From a virus: a stretch of 64,000 bases of DNA. The DNA is taken from IMG/VR virus record IMGVR_UViG_3300008459_000008, positions 42,240-106,239 of that record; one strand, given 5' to 3'. This document shows, piece by piece, positions 10,901 to 18,780 of the stretch. The notes beneath the pieces are model-generated. The model was not told the origin of the DNA. It saw nothing but the letters and a program-made list of their open reading frames with translations, and made no database searches. The first letter of the stretch is position 1. Each line of letters starts with the position of its first letter. The translations under genes and the position numbers were made by a program.

Positions 10901-12121
10901 TCTGAAATAACATCAACTACAGCTAGTAGTGGTGGTACTATAGTAGACGTGGGTGGTGGGTCTATAAGTGCGAAGGGAGTTTGTTGGTCAACTTCATCAA
11001 ATCCTACACTTAATAATTCATTCACAACTGATGGAAGTGGTCCGAATTTCTTCTCTAGTCAAATTACAGGATTATTACCTGGTGTGTTATACTATGTAAG
11101 ATCATACGCCACTAATCAAACTGGTACAAATTATGGAAATCAAGTTACGTTCACTACAATATCAGTGTCTGTACCTACACTAACAACAAATAGCGTCACT
11201 TCAATTACTAACTCATCTGCTATATCCGGTGGAAATATCACATCAGATGGGGGGTCTACTATAACAGCAAGGGGAGTTGTTTATTCCACATCACAAAATC
11301 CAACCTTATCAAATAATAGAACGTTTGACGGTTCGGGAATTGGTTCGTTTAGTTCTTCTATAACTGGTTTATCACCTGGTGTTACCTATTATGTTAGATC
11401 ATATGCGACCACATCGGGTGGTACAGGATACGGACAACAAAATATTTTTACAACTTCTGGTTCAATTCCAACTGTATCTACCACCACAATTACAAACATT
11501 AGCTCGTCAGGTGCGACGTCTGGTGGTAATGTAACATCGTCTGGCGGATCTTCAATCACTTCTAGAGGGGTTGTTTGGTCAACATCTCCAAATCCAACTG
11601 TATCTTTATCAACCAAGACATCAAATGGAACAGGAACAGGAATATTTACAAGTACAATAATCGGATTATCCCCATCAACACTTTATTATGTTAGATCTTA
11701 CGCTACAAACAGTACAGGTACTGCATATGGTACAGAGTTAACATTTACAACTTCATTGAGTGGTGGTGGAAGTTGTGCGATTGGTGGTCTAACAGTTACA
11801 AGAGTTAATAATGCTTGGAACTTTACATTTAACATAAATCCAAATTGTACAAGTTATACGGTGAACGTGTGTAGATATTCAAATACTAACCCAGCAATAC
11901 CACCAACTGCAGGTCAAACACCAGTAGCATGTGCGGTTAGAAATAACATGACTAGTTATGTACCAACTTCTTCGGAAATAAGCGCTGGTGTTATAACAAG
12001 AGTGATGAGTCCACCACCAGCCAATACCGGTGTGTGGTACAGTGTTGACGTAACTTGTAATGGTACTTGTACAGGTACCAAAACTACTAGGTCTGCATAT
12101 TTCTATAATCCAATCCCATAA
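4910..12121 (+). CDS. Secreted reprolysin/M12B-like zinc metalloprotease with 18 FN3-like repeats
   Basis: Signal peptide ending SFG-Q; HELGHNFGSRH; IMSYC; 18 repeats; paralog of 117..4853. Confidence 0.85.
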   Translation: MKKFLFFLTSLILTLNSFGQVKLNVWDKNPNVSKTINNIKPNNLPKTFESLTPDGEKTIYDRWEVPAITVVSSKGKSYTTKPVAYKSRNGFGVLTYSKNGWQGLHSGRSGKFYSMTPSKVNEDTSSLRSVEEYCGGAGLQPSSQNIDQKKDTKKTPSVGRLTNSDFYNPLVPINKTCSVYAEIAFDLHTALGGNLATTEDWVTRLFLGISQIYLNEGITIYLNKVYVWEALDPYGYTTQTGTQDVVRSNVLNLFGGKILNNLPTNPNSNFKHLLTNATYGGVAYYGPFTPSDGYTPASDLFGPTSRVGLSSMSNKLEIASTPTDLSVYNDRRWCLLVVAHELGHNFGSRHTQWCGWKSDVGTLIGRLDSCTNGETSNPLGPNCGATSYPSYKPTIMSYCQFHQNAPAFSQFLSNGFGKYPRFSIRTGLANSSDIPYTNASIPTLTTTPIVTYTATTATSGGNITSDGGANVTSRGVCWSTSPNPTISGSRTLDGSFSGSFTSNITGLLGGITYYVRAYATNQAGTAYGNEVSFTTSVPLVPTLSSTTAATSITNNSATSGGNVSANGGGSITARGVCWSTSTTPTISNSRTNDAVGTGTGSFTSSLTGLSAGTTYYVRSYATNSAGTGYGPQITFSTFSASSILINTTALTGLAPKNVTTGGTITSDGGSAVTARGVCWSTTSPPTISNSKVNTGTGTGTYTSTVSGLSPSTTYYLRSFATNSSGTTYGNELSFTTTSVPTFINGTPSYVSQTSIKTNYTISFPNQSFSSHALGASTTNPPDSYNLNSSSYTFNSVSGTYQSLLGRKSTSQGLQPSTTYFIRPIATDIYDNFYYGPITQATTLAPSLPVCTTYVATEVSTPTTNASTAKLSGKVTSIGGAITERGFCYSTTQNPTTSNSKVTTTTCSSDDDCLLSFTNTVANFTPGTTYYVRSYAINPSGVGYGNQVSFTTPIYVYQGPPIVVIDSIRNISTVGAKLYGRVTNRGGSDCVLSSGCRGVVISAVTNSPSSGCGVDANFDPICWSFVETPNVQSITGAFEVDFQAGNQLMKANTTYYVRAYATNFFANNQNNYGYSATSTFKTLLTGTTPLLYTNTTVSITTTSATSGGFITSQGGASVTQKGVVWSTSPNPTTSLSTKTSNGTGTAAYSSNMTGLTPNTLYYVRAYAVNSFGTSYGPQVQFTTNASAGLATLTTTSVTNLSTTSVTSGGNITNSGGTNVTARGVCYSTSTNPTITNGTVVASGSGTGSFTTNITGLIQGNTYFLRAFATNTSGTSYGNQVQITTLTLPSITTTVASNVTSTTVITGGNVTSDGGSTITERGVCYETTQNPTTGNFKLVSTGTTGTFTSNITDLTPGTTYYVRAYAINSVGTQYGTQISFTTTAAQTVPTVTTTNPTSITTNTVSSGGTVSSDGNSTVSSRGVVWSTSSGPTINLTTKTVNGSGTGSFTSSVGGLLPGVLYYIRAYATNSIGTSYGSEFTFTTLTTTPTLSSTITASNITQTSAISGGNVTSDGGITITERGVCWSTSSNPTVSLSTKTIDGSGVGSFVSDLTGLSASTTYYVRAYATNSNGTSYGTQISFTTLSSTTVPTVTTTTASSITLTSAVSGGNVTSDGGTVVTVRGVVWSTSPSPTVSLTTKTQDGTGIGTFTSSMTGLTASTIYYYRAYATNSQGTSYGNQLSFTTTANLPVVTTTNVSSVTLTGAVSGGNVTSTGGATVTARGVCWSTSPNPTILNSKTTDGSGTGTFTSTISNLSQNTTYYVRAYATNSSGTAYGTELQFITSNTSLPTVNTTSVTSIDFTSAISGGNVVSDGNSTVTSRGVVWSETQNPTLSNSFTVDDNGTGTFTSNLTNLTAGVTYYVRAYATNSLGTSYGNQVSFATIPGQAPEVSTNIINNVTSTNAEVVYSINSIGGGTLSLKGICYSTSPNPTTSNQKVEEVCAIETPCEIGQYTITFINPLSPNVTYYVRAYATSEFGTSYGEELSFTTLINFPTLTTTSISEITSTTASSGGTIVDVGGGSISAKGVCWSTSSNPTLNNSFTTDGSGPNFFSSQITGLLPGVLYYVRSYATNQTGTNYGNQVTFTTISVSVPTLTTNSVTSITNSSAISGGNITSDGGSTITARGVVYSTSQNPTLSNNRTFDGSGIGSFSSSITGLSPGVTYYVRSYATTSGGTGYGQQNIFTTSGSIPTVSTTTITNISSSGATSGGNVTSSGGSSITSRGVVWSTSPNPTVSLSTKTSNGTGTGIFTSTIIGLSPSTLYYVRSYATNSTGTAYGTELTFTTSLSGGGSCAIGGLTVTRVNNAWNFTFNINPNCTSYTVNVCRYSNTNPAIPPTAGQTPVACAVRNNMTSYVPTSSEISAGVITRVMSPPPANTGVWYSVDVTCNGTCTGTKTTRSAYFYNPIP

Positions 12122-12136
12122 AAAAACTAAAATTGA

Positions 12137-15100
12137 ATGAAAAAGTTTCTTCTACTAATTCTATTGACACTAACTTCCGTTCTGTCCTTTGGGCAGACGG
12201 AAGTTGATATTTGGAAAAAATCCAACAAAAAAATATTTTCTCAAAGAAAATTTACATTTCCAAAAACATTTGTTTCCAAATCACCATCAGGTAAACAATT
12301 GACTTACCAACGTGTGGAACATCCATATATCAAGATAGAAACATCTAGTGGTAAGAAATGGACAAAGAAACCAATTATTTATCAATCTACTTCAGATTTT
12401 GGTGTAATAACATATGACGGTAAAAATTGGAGTGGTATACATACAGAGGATGGATACAATGTAAGTAACTTGACGAAAGAAAAGGTTACTAATGTCAAAA
12501 TGGATGCTGAAAAATTCAGTTTTGGTGAAGGAGATGTTTTACTCGCGCCCACAAAATCAAATAAAAAGATAGGAAGGTCAATCCAAAACAATCCAAATTT
12601 TTATGATCCTTACATCAGAATTAATAAAACTTGTGGAGTTTATGTGGAAGTAACAAATGATTTATATAAATTTTGGGGTTCAGATACTGGTAGAGTAACA
12701 CAGTATGTTACAACTATACTAACAAATGTTATAGCTCTATATGACAGAGAGGGTATAAATGTCACATTGAATAAAATTTTTGTTTGGGACACACCTGATC
12801 CTTATGGAAACCCATTCGATAATACACAGTATCTAAATCAATTTACAGATAACATCAACAAAAATATACCAACTACACCAGAATCTCATTTTAAACACTT
12901 ATTACACAATAAGAATTTGGGTGGTATAGCTTGGATAAATGGTGAATCAGATGGATACATCACATCTGCAAATCTTGATCCATACTATACCTGTGCGGTC
13001 ACAGGAATTGGTTCAAATATAGTAGTTAATTCTAATGTCACTTATTCTTGGCCAGTAATGTGTTTCACACATGAAATGGGACACAATCTTGGTTCAAAAC
13101 ATACTCATTGGTGTGGATGGAAAAATGAATCCAATCAAGCCATAGGTAGAATTGACAGTTGTTACAGAGGAGAAAGCACAGATGGGCCAGATAATTGCAC
13201 GTCATCTACTTATACAGTAGTTAAATCAAACAACAGAGGCTCTGTAATGAGTTATTGTCATCTGAATGGTGCCATAAGTTTCACAACTGGATTTGGTAGA
13301 TTACCAAGATATTCAATAAGATCTAATCTAAATGATGCACCAGAGGTGCCATTTGACACACCACAAGTTCCAACAGTAACTATTGATACTGGTACTCAAA
13401 AAACAGCTACTTCTGTTTTAATGACTGGAAATATTGTAATGACTGGAGAAACTATAATTCAAGAAAGAGGTTTCGTGTGGACAAATTCACAAATCATAAT
13501 GCCTACATTGAATTTGACAACTAAAATTGCGGTCGGCTCAGGTAGTGGAACATTTCAATCACAAATTACAACATTAACTGCAGGAGGACGTTTTTGGTTT
13601 AGGGCATATGCGAAAAATGCTACTGGAGTTTACTATAGTGATACAGTAAGGGTACAATTGGTCTCAACGTCTGTACCAAGTCTGACGACAAATCCTGTAA
13701 CTCTAATTACAAATATATCGGCTCAAACTGGTGGCACATACATATCGATTGGTAATATTTCAATTCAAGAAAGAGGTATAGTGTACAGCACTTCCAATCA
13801 ACTTCCTACCGTAGATGACACTAAAGTGATCACACCATCACCAAATAACACAAACTTCGTTCAGAATTTGACGGGTCTAACTCCCAACACCACTTATTAC
13901 ATAAGGGCTTTTGCTAGAAATAGTCCGTCAATTTTTTCTTACGGAAATGTACAAACTTTTCAAACTTTACCAAATGAGTCGGTATCTTTTGGAGTACCTT
14001 TAGCTACCGTCAATAGTAGTACACAAATAACCCCTAGTGTTTTTATCACATCTACTGGTAATGGTGGGGTCATATCTGAAAGAGGTTTCTACATAGGAAC
14101 TACACCAAATCCTGAAAATAACATACTTAATAAAAGAGTTGCGGTTTTGGGACAAGCCACTACTATGGCATTAGCTATAATAAATCTAACACCCAATACA
14201 CTTTATTATATCAAAGGTTTTGCGACCACTCAATTTGGTACTTTTTATACACCCGAATTCACATCCACTACACTTAGGAGTATACTAGTGATGGATGAAG
14301 TTAGTGGAATAGAAGCTACTAAAGCTACGTTCAAATATACTATTGGTCCAACTACATCTATCATACCATCATCAGGTGTTTTGTTATCAACCAACATAAC
14401 ACCAACTAGAGCAAACAGTCAGTTCTTTTTTCAATCGACATATGTTGGACAAGGACAAGGCACAATTGTTGGACAAGACCTACTTCCAAATACGACTTAC
14501 TATGCTAGAGGGGTAATACCATTTACTTCTGGTGATTTCTTTTCAACTAATATACTACAGTTTCAAACTACGGGAGTTGTTGGTACTCCATCGGTTAGTA
14601 CTTTGGGATCACCCACAAAAACAAAAAATTCGATTGTAGTTAGAGGTGAAGTTGTGTCAACTGGATCATCACCTGTATTTAACAGGGGAATTTGTTATTC
14701 AACCGCACCAAATCCTACTATAAATAATTCAGTTATTGTATCAGGTCAGGGGATTGGTCAATATATTGTAACTATAAACAATTTAGTACCTAGTACAATA
14801 TATTATATTAGAGCGTATGCTACCAACAAGTCCGGCACTTCTTATGGTTCAGAAATTAATATTTCAACCAGTGGTGATATCCCAACAATCATAACAAACT
14901 CAATCAACAACATTTCATTAACCACTGCTAATGGAGGTGGTGAAATAACTCTTTCGGGTGGACGTGTTGTTACATCTAGGGGTGTAATTTGGTCAACCAA
15001 TCCCAATCCAACAATAAATTTGTCTACAAAAACAGTAGATGGTAGCGGAATTGGCATATTCACAAGTGCAATCACTGGATTGGTACAGAATACGAAATAT

Positions 15101-16153
15101 TATGTCAGAGCTTATGCCATAAATGATAATGGGGTTGGATATGGTAATGAAATTAATTTCACTACTTTGCCTAGTCCAACTACAGCAAATGTAATAACAA
15201 ATATTGTCACAAATATTTTACCAACATCAGCGACATCCGGTGGTAATGTTACTTATGATGGTGGAACACCTGTGGTATCCAAGGGGATTTGTTGGTCGAC
15301 TTCTCAGAACCCAACAATCGACCTTACCACAAAAACTATGGACGGTAGTGGATTGGGTCCCTTCGTTAGTCAGATATCCAACTTGACCCTCGGCAACACT
15401 TACTATGTAAGGGCTTACGCTGTTAATTCTACTGGAACTAGTTATGGTGTACAGTATTCATTTACAACTTCGTTAGGCATCCCAATCGTTTTGACTAATC
15501 CGGTAAGTGGGATTACAATAACATCAGCGAGTGTTGGAGGGAATGTAACTTCTTCTGGAAATGCACCTGTAACTCAGAGAGGAATTTGTTGGTCAATAAA
15601 TCAGAACCCAACAACAAGTGATAATATAGTACCAAGTGGAAACGGAACTGGAGTTTTTTCCGGAAATATATTAGGACTATCCTCCTCCACAACATATTTT
15701 ATCAGAGCTTATGCTACAAACTCTTTGGGAACTTCCTATGGATCACAGATTTCATTTACCACTTCACCACAATCTGGAGGTACTTGTCAAATATCTGGAC
15801 TAACATCCTATCTAAATCAAACGAACAAATGGGAATTTAATTACAATATAAATTTAAAATGTGCTACATATTCTGTAAATGTGTGTAGGTATAATTACAC
15901 AGATCCTAATAGTCAACCACCTTCAAATTTACAACCAACAAGTTGTGGAGTAAGAAATAGCATGAATGCTTATGTACCAACAATCCAAGAAACAAATAAT
16001 GGGTACATCCAAAAAGAAATGATACCTCAACCGACGGCTTCGACAAAATCTGGTTTTGGTGGATATTGGTACAGCATAGATGTCAGATGTTCATCACAAA
16101 ATTGTTTGGGATCAAATTTGACTAAATACTATTTTTATGTACCAGGTATGTAA
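12137..16153 (+). CDS. Secreted reprolysin/M12B-like zinc metalloprotease with 8 FN3-like repeats
   Basis: Signal peptide ending SFG-Q; HEMGHNLGSKH; VMSYC; 8 repeats; same C-terminal domain as the two upstream paralogs. Confidence 0.85.
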   Translation: MKKFLLLILLTLTSVLSFGQTEVDIWKKSNKKIFSQRKFTFPKTFVSKSPSGKQLTYQRVEHPYIKIETSSGKKWTKKPIIYQSTSDFGVITYDGKNWSGIHTEDGYNVSNLTKEKVTNVKMDAEKFSFGEGDVLLAPTKSNKKIGRSIQNNPNFYDPYIRINKTCGVYVEVTNDLYKFWGSDTGRVTQYVTTILTNVIALYDREGINVTLNKIFVWDTPDPYGNPFDNTQYLNQFTDNINKNIPTTPESHFKHLLHNKNLGGIAWINGESDGYITSANLDPYYTCAVTGIGSNIVVNSNVTYSWPVMCFTHEMGHNLGSKHTHWCGWKNESNQAIGRIDSCYRGESTDGPDNCTSSTYTVVKSNNRGSVMSYCHLNGAISFTTGFGRLPRYSIRSNLNDAPEVPFDTPQVPTVTIDTGTQKTATSVLMTGNIVMTGETIIQERGFVWTNSQIIMPTLNLTTKIAVGSGSGTFQSQITTLTAGGRFWFRAYAKNATGVYYSDTVRVQLVSTSVPSLTTNPVTLITNISAQTGGTYISIGNISIQERGIVYSTSNQLPTVDDTKVITPSPNNTNFVQNLTGLTPNTTYYIRAFARNSPSIFSYGNVQTFQTLPNESVSFGVPLATVNSSTQITPSVFITSTGNGGVISERGFYIGTTPNPENNILNKRVAVLGQATTMALAIINLTPNTLYYIKGFATTQFGTFYTPEFTSTTLRSILVMDEVSGIEATKATFKYTIGPTTSIIPSSGVLLSTNITPTRANSQFFFQSTYVGQGQGTIVGQDLLPNTTYYARGVIPFTSGDFFSTNILQFQTTGVVGTPSVSTLGSPTKTKNSIVVRGEVVSTGSSPVFNRGICYSTAPNPTINNSVIVSGQGIGQYIVTINNLVPSTIYYIRAYATNKSGTSYGSEINISTSGDIPTIITNSINNISLTTANGGGEITLSGGRVVTSRGVIWSTNPNPTINLSTKTVDGSGIGIFTSAITGLVQNTKYYVRAYAINDNGVGYGNEINFTTLPSPTTANVITNIVTNILPTSATSGGNVTYDGGTPVVSKGICWSTSQNPTIDLTTKTMDGSGLGPFVSQISNLTLGNTYYVRAYAVNSTGTSYGVQYSFTTSLGIPIVLTNPVSGITITSASVGGNVTSSGNAPVTQRGICWSINQNPTTSDNIVPSGNGTGVFSGNILGLSSSTTYFIRAYATNSLGTSYGSQISFTTSPQSGGTCQISGLTSYLNQTNKWEFNYNINLKCATYSVNVCRYNYTDPNSQPPSNLQPTSCGVRNSMNAYVPTIQETNNGYIQKEMIPQPTASTKSGFGGYWYSIDVRCSSQNCLGSNLTKYYFYVPGM

Positions 16154-16255
16154 TAAAAGTTATTTTATCAAAAGAATATATAAATAGATTAATAGGAATA
16201 AAAACCGAAATAATATATAATTAAACAAAAAGATTTAAAAAAATATAAATAAGTT

Positions 16256-16879
16256 ATGGCACTTCCACATTTTACCCAACTTCAAATGACCGGTTCACCT
16301 GGTGGACCTGGGTCTAGACCACAAGAACCAGTATATTTGAACCTGTTTGAGTGTACATTTGTCCTTCCAACAATTGTTGCAGCTCGTTATGGAACAGATG
16401 CTGGACCGGGTCTACTTTTACAACAAGCTACAAAAATAACTTTTGACGTAACTCCATCATTGGAATCAGTTGAACAGAAATTCAAATATTCTGGTAGAGC
16501 TTTTATGAAAACCCCAACAAAAACCACTACAGACTTAACTCTTGGATTCAATGTTAACGTTAATGATACTGGTAGTATGGAGACTTGGAACATTCTTAAA
16601 TCATGGTATGATTTAGTCTGGAACTCTCAAAACGGATATTTGCACTACAAAGCAGATATTGTTGGAACTATCATCGTTAACCAACATGATAAAAAGGGGG
16701 TTGTTTTAAGGAGATTAACCTTTCAGAACTGTCAAATCAAATCAATTGGTAATCCAGCCTTAACTTGGGATGGTGGTGAAATTTGGAATTTTGAATCAGC
16801 ATTTATAGCTGATTACTGGATTGATGAATACATCGATCAGAACTTCACAATTGTGCCGCCACTTGTATCAGGATATTAA
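16256..16879 (+). CDS. Tail tube protein (T4 gp19-like)
   Basis: 207 aa with a gp19-like pattern (NLFECTF...LKSWYDLVWN...IIVNQHDKKG...TFQNC...F.ADYW); preceded by TAATATATA; next to baseplate hub genes. Confidence 0.7.
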   Translation: MALPHFTQLQMTGSPGGPGSRPQEPVYLNLFECTFVLPTIVAARYGTDAGPGLLLQQATKITFDVTPSLESVEQKFKYSGRAFMKTPTKTTTDLTLGFNVNVNDTGSMETWNILKSWYDLVWNSQNGYLHYKADIVGTIIVNQHDKKGVVLRRLTFQNCQIKSIGNPALTWDGGEIWNFESAFIADYWIDEYIDQNFTIVPPLVSGY

Positions 16880-16881
16880 TG

Positions 16882-16910
16882 AAAAAAGGACCTTAAAAAG
16901 GTCCTTTTTT
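16882..16910. terminator. Bidirectional intrinsic terminator
   Basis: AAAAAAGGACCTT-AAA-AAGGTCCTTTTTT perfect inverted repeat between convergent genes. Confidence 0.8.
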
Positions 16911-17174
16911 ATTTAAATTGATTTCTTTTTTTCCCAATCTTTCCTCTTCTAATTGTTTTCTAGATTTTTCCTCCTCTTCAAATATTTCATTTACTATCTT
17001 AATATTTTCTTCAAACATCCAAAATGGCCACTCATCCATCGAGGGTTCATGTGTATTGAAATTTTTTTGTAAAAGTAATTTATTTTTTAATAAATTGGTC
17101 AAATGCGTTGTGAACAACGAAAATAGCTGACGGTCCGTTGGGAAATGACATAGGAGTGTGGATCTCAAGACCAC
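16893..17174 (-). CDS. Baseplate hub assembly protein (T4 gp51-like), probably reached by +1 frameshift from 17080..18024
   Basis: LTNLLKNKLLLQKNF...SMDEWPFWMFEENIKIV resembles gp51-type helices; overlaps the upstream gene by 95 nt and has only a weak GTG start. Confidence 0.55.
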   Translation of the reverse strand: MVLRSTLLCHFPTDRQLFSLFTTHLTNLLKNKLLLQKNFNTHEPSMDEWPFWMFEENIKIVNEIFEEEEKSRKQLEEERLGKKEINLNKKGPF

Positions 17175-18024
17175 ACTGACAATATTTTATTAATTTTTCG
17201 ATACCGAAAGTCATCATTTCTACTGCTGAATTCAAAAACTGAAAAGATACATCATCTATCTTTTGAAACTTCTCCAACTCAGACTTAATTTCTTCTTGAG
17301 TTATTGATGTTTTTCCAATCAATGTAAAAGGGATAATTTTGAGAAAAGAAAGATTAGGTTTTCTTTTTTGAATATTTTCACGAATGACATATTCGGTAAA
17401 AGCTTTTTGAATACCTATACTTGGAGGTATCAAGTAAAATATCCTATCATTTGTTAACTCGAACCTAAATGAAGATGTACGTGTGTCGAAATATTGTATC
17501 AACTTTTCATTGATGTCATATTTTTTGAAGTGATTACGTACTAATTCTATAGAATTTTCTTCACCACAAGAACACTTCGCATTAGTAGATAATATTGTCC
17601 CCTTCTGGAAAGTTAATTCTCTTATTAAAAAAATTAAGTAATACCTATCTGGATCCTTGATTTCAAGATATGAACTGATTGTACCATCAATATGTTTCAT
17701 TCGAACACAAGATGAAAGCATGTCATTCATTTTTTCTATAATATCATAATAATTATTATCATCAACCATAGAATATGATTGAATTTCTTTTACTTGAGCA
17801 GATCTGACTTGAATTATTGTTCCTTTCGGGTAAAAATAACCACACGGAAATTCTTGTACATCAAATGAAAAATAGTGTAAATCACTTGTTTTATTTGTGT
17901 TGAAATTATTTGTATATTGTGGGGATGGTGGGATATCTAGTTTTTCAACTTTTATATTGTTGTCAAGATTTTCTAAATGAATTCTAAGATAATCCTCTTC
18001 AGTCAAAACTTTTGAGTCAGACAT
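17080..18024 (-). CDS. Baseplate hub subunit/assembly chaperone (T4 gp26-like)
   Basis: DRYYLIFLIRELTF motif followed by CSCG and a C-terminal CQCG; adjacent to tail tube. Confidence 0.65.
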   Translation of the reverse strand: MSDSKVLTEEDYLRIHLENLDNNIKVEKLDIPPSPQYTNNFNTNKTSDLHYFSFDVQEFPCGYFYPKGTIIQVRSAQVKEIQSYSMVDDNNYYDIIEKMNDMLSSCVRMKHIDGTISSYLEIKDPDRYYLIFLIRELTFQKGTILSTNAKCSCGEENSIELVRNHFKKYDINEKLIQYFDTRTSSFRFELTNDRIFYLIPPSIGIQKAFTEYVIRENIQKRKPNLSFLKIIPFTLIGKTSITQEEIKSELEKFQKIDDVSFQFLNSAVEMMTFGIEKLIKYCQCGLEIHTPMSFPNGPSAIFVVHNAFDQFIKK

Positions 18025-18086
18025 ATGATATATTTACTTTTTTTTTATAGTAAATTATATATCAATAGTTCATGGGCTTCGTGAAA

Positions 18087-18779
18087 TTAACCAATGACTG
18101 TTATCCTAGCGTCGGTAAAAGTAGTATGTGATGAAACCAGTATTTGATTTGAATTTAAGATTTCAACATTCACAGTCACAAAATTATTAATTTGTCTTAC
18201 GGAATATACTATATCTTGTGTGTTCAAATTATGTGAGACGGTATAACCAGTCGGTGTGCAAACAAAAGTTTCTTTATACTTGGTGGGTACTGTAACATAA
18301 TTATATTCACCAGTTCCCGAGTAAGTACCATCAGATACAGTAGAAATTGTACCATTTATAAAATAAGCCTTACCGTCATTAACAAATGAACCAGAAGCAC
18401 CTACTGTCATATTACCCCATATCAAATATTCATAGTTTACAGGCACAGATATTGTTTCACCAGTGATGTTATATTTGACAGGTATGGCATTTGAACCGGT
18501 AAAAGATGTGAAAAATCCATACCAATTTGAAGTCATGCCAACAGACCAAGTCACACCATTACCTTCAGGTTTCAAAGCATAATATACAGCTGTATTACTT
18601 GAGGTATTTGGTATAGATACAACCATACCAGCTCTTCTTTTTTCCAGTGGTAAATCATACATCTCTTGTGTGTTTTCCAACCCACGCATTCCATCTATCC
18701 CCAACCTCGGGTCAATTACTGGATATTTATCCGTTTCATATACAGGAGTTATCAGTCCGGTTACAGGTATTTTATTCAT
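18087..18779 (-). CDS. Putative virion structural/fibre-associated protein
   Basis: RRAGMVV...YYAL N-terminal module shared with 20588..23386; C-terminal VSHNLNT module of a kind seen in phage tail proteins. Confidence 0.45.
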   Translation of the reverse strand: MNKIPVTGLITPVYETDKYPVIDPRLGIDGMRGLENTQEMYDLPLEKRRAGMVVSIPNTSSNTAVYYALKPEGNGVTWSVGMTSNWYGFFTSFTGSNAIPVKYNITGETISVPVNYEYLIWGNMTVGASGSFVNDGKAYFINGTISTVSDGTYSGTGEYNYVTVPTKYKETFVCTPTGYTVSHNLNTQDIVYSVRQINNFVTVNVEILNSNQILVSSHTTFTDARITVIG

Positions 18780-18780
18780 C

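Noticed and set aside
1700-15695. Short antisense and alternative-frame ORFs within the protease genes
   Set aside because: They are shadows of the Thr/Gly/Ser-rich repeats and recur with each repeat; no independent signals.
1480-15770. ~300-bp repeats as a CRISPR array or DGR template/variable repeats
   Set aside because: They are in-frame protein repeats diverging at synonymous sites; no spacers, no obvious adenine-specific pattern and no reverse transcriptase in the window.
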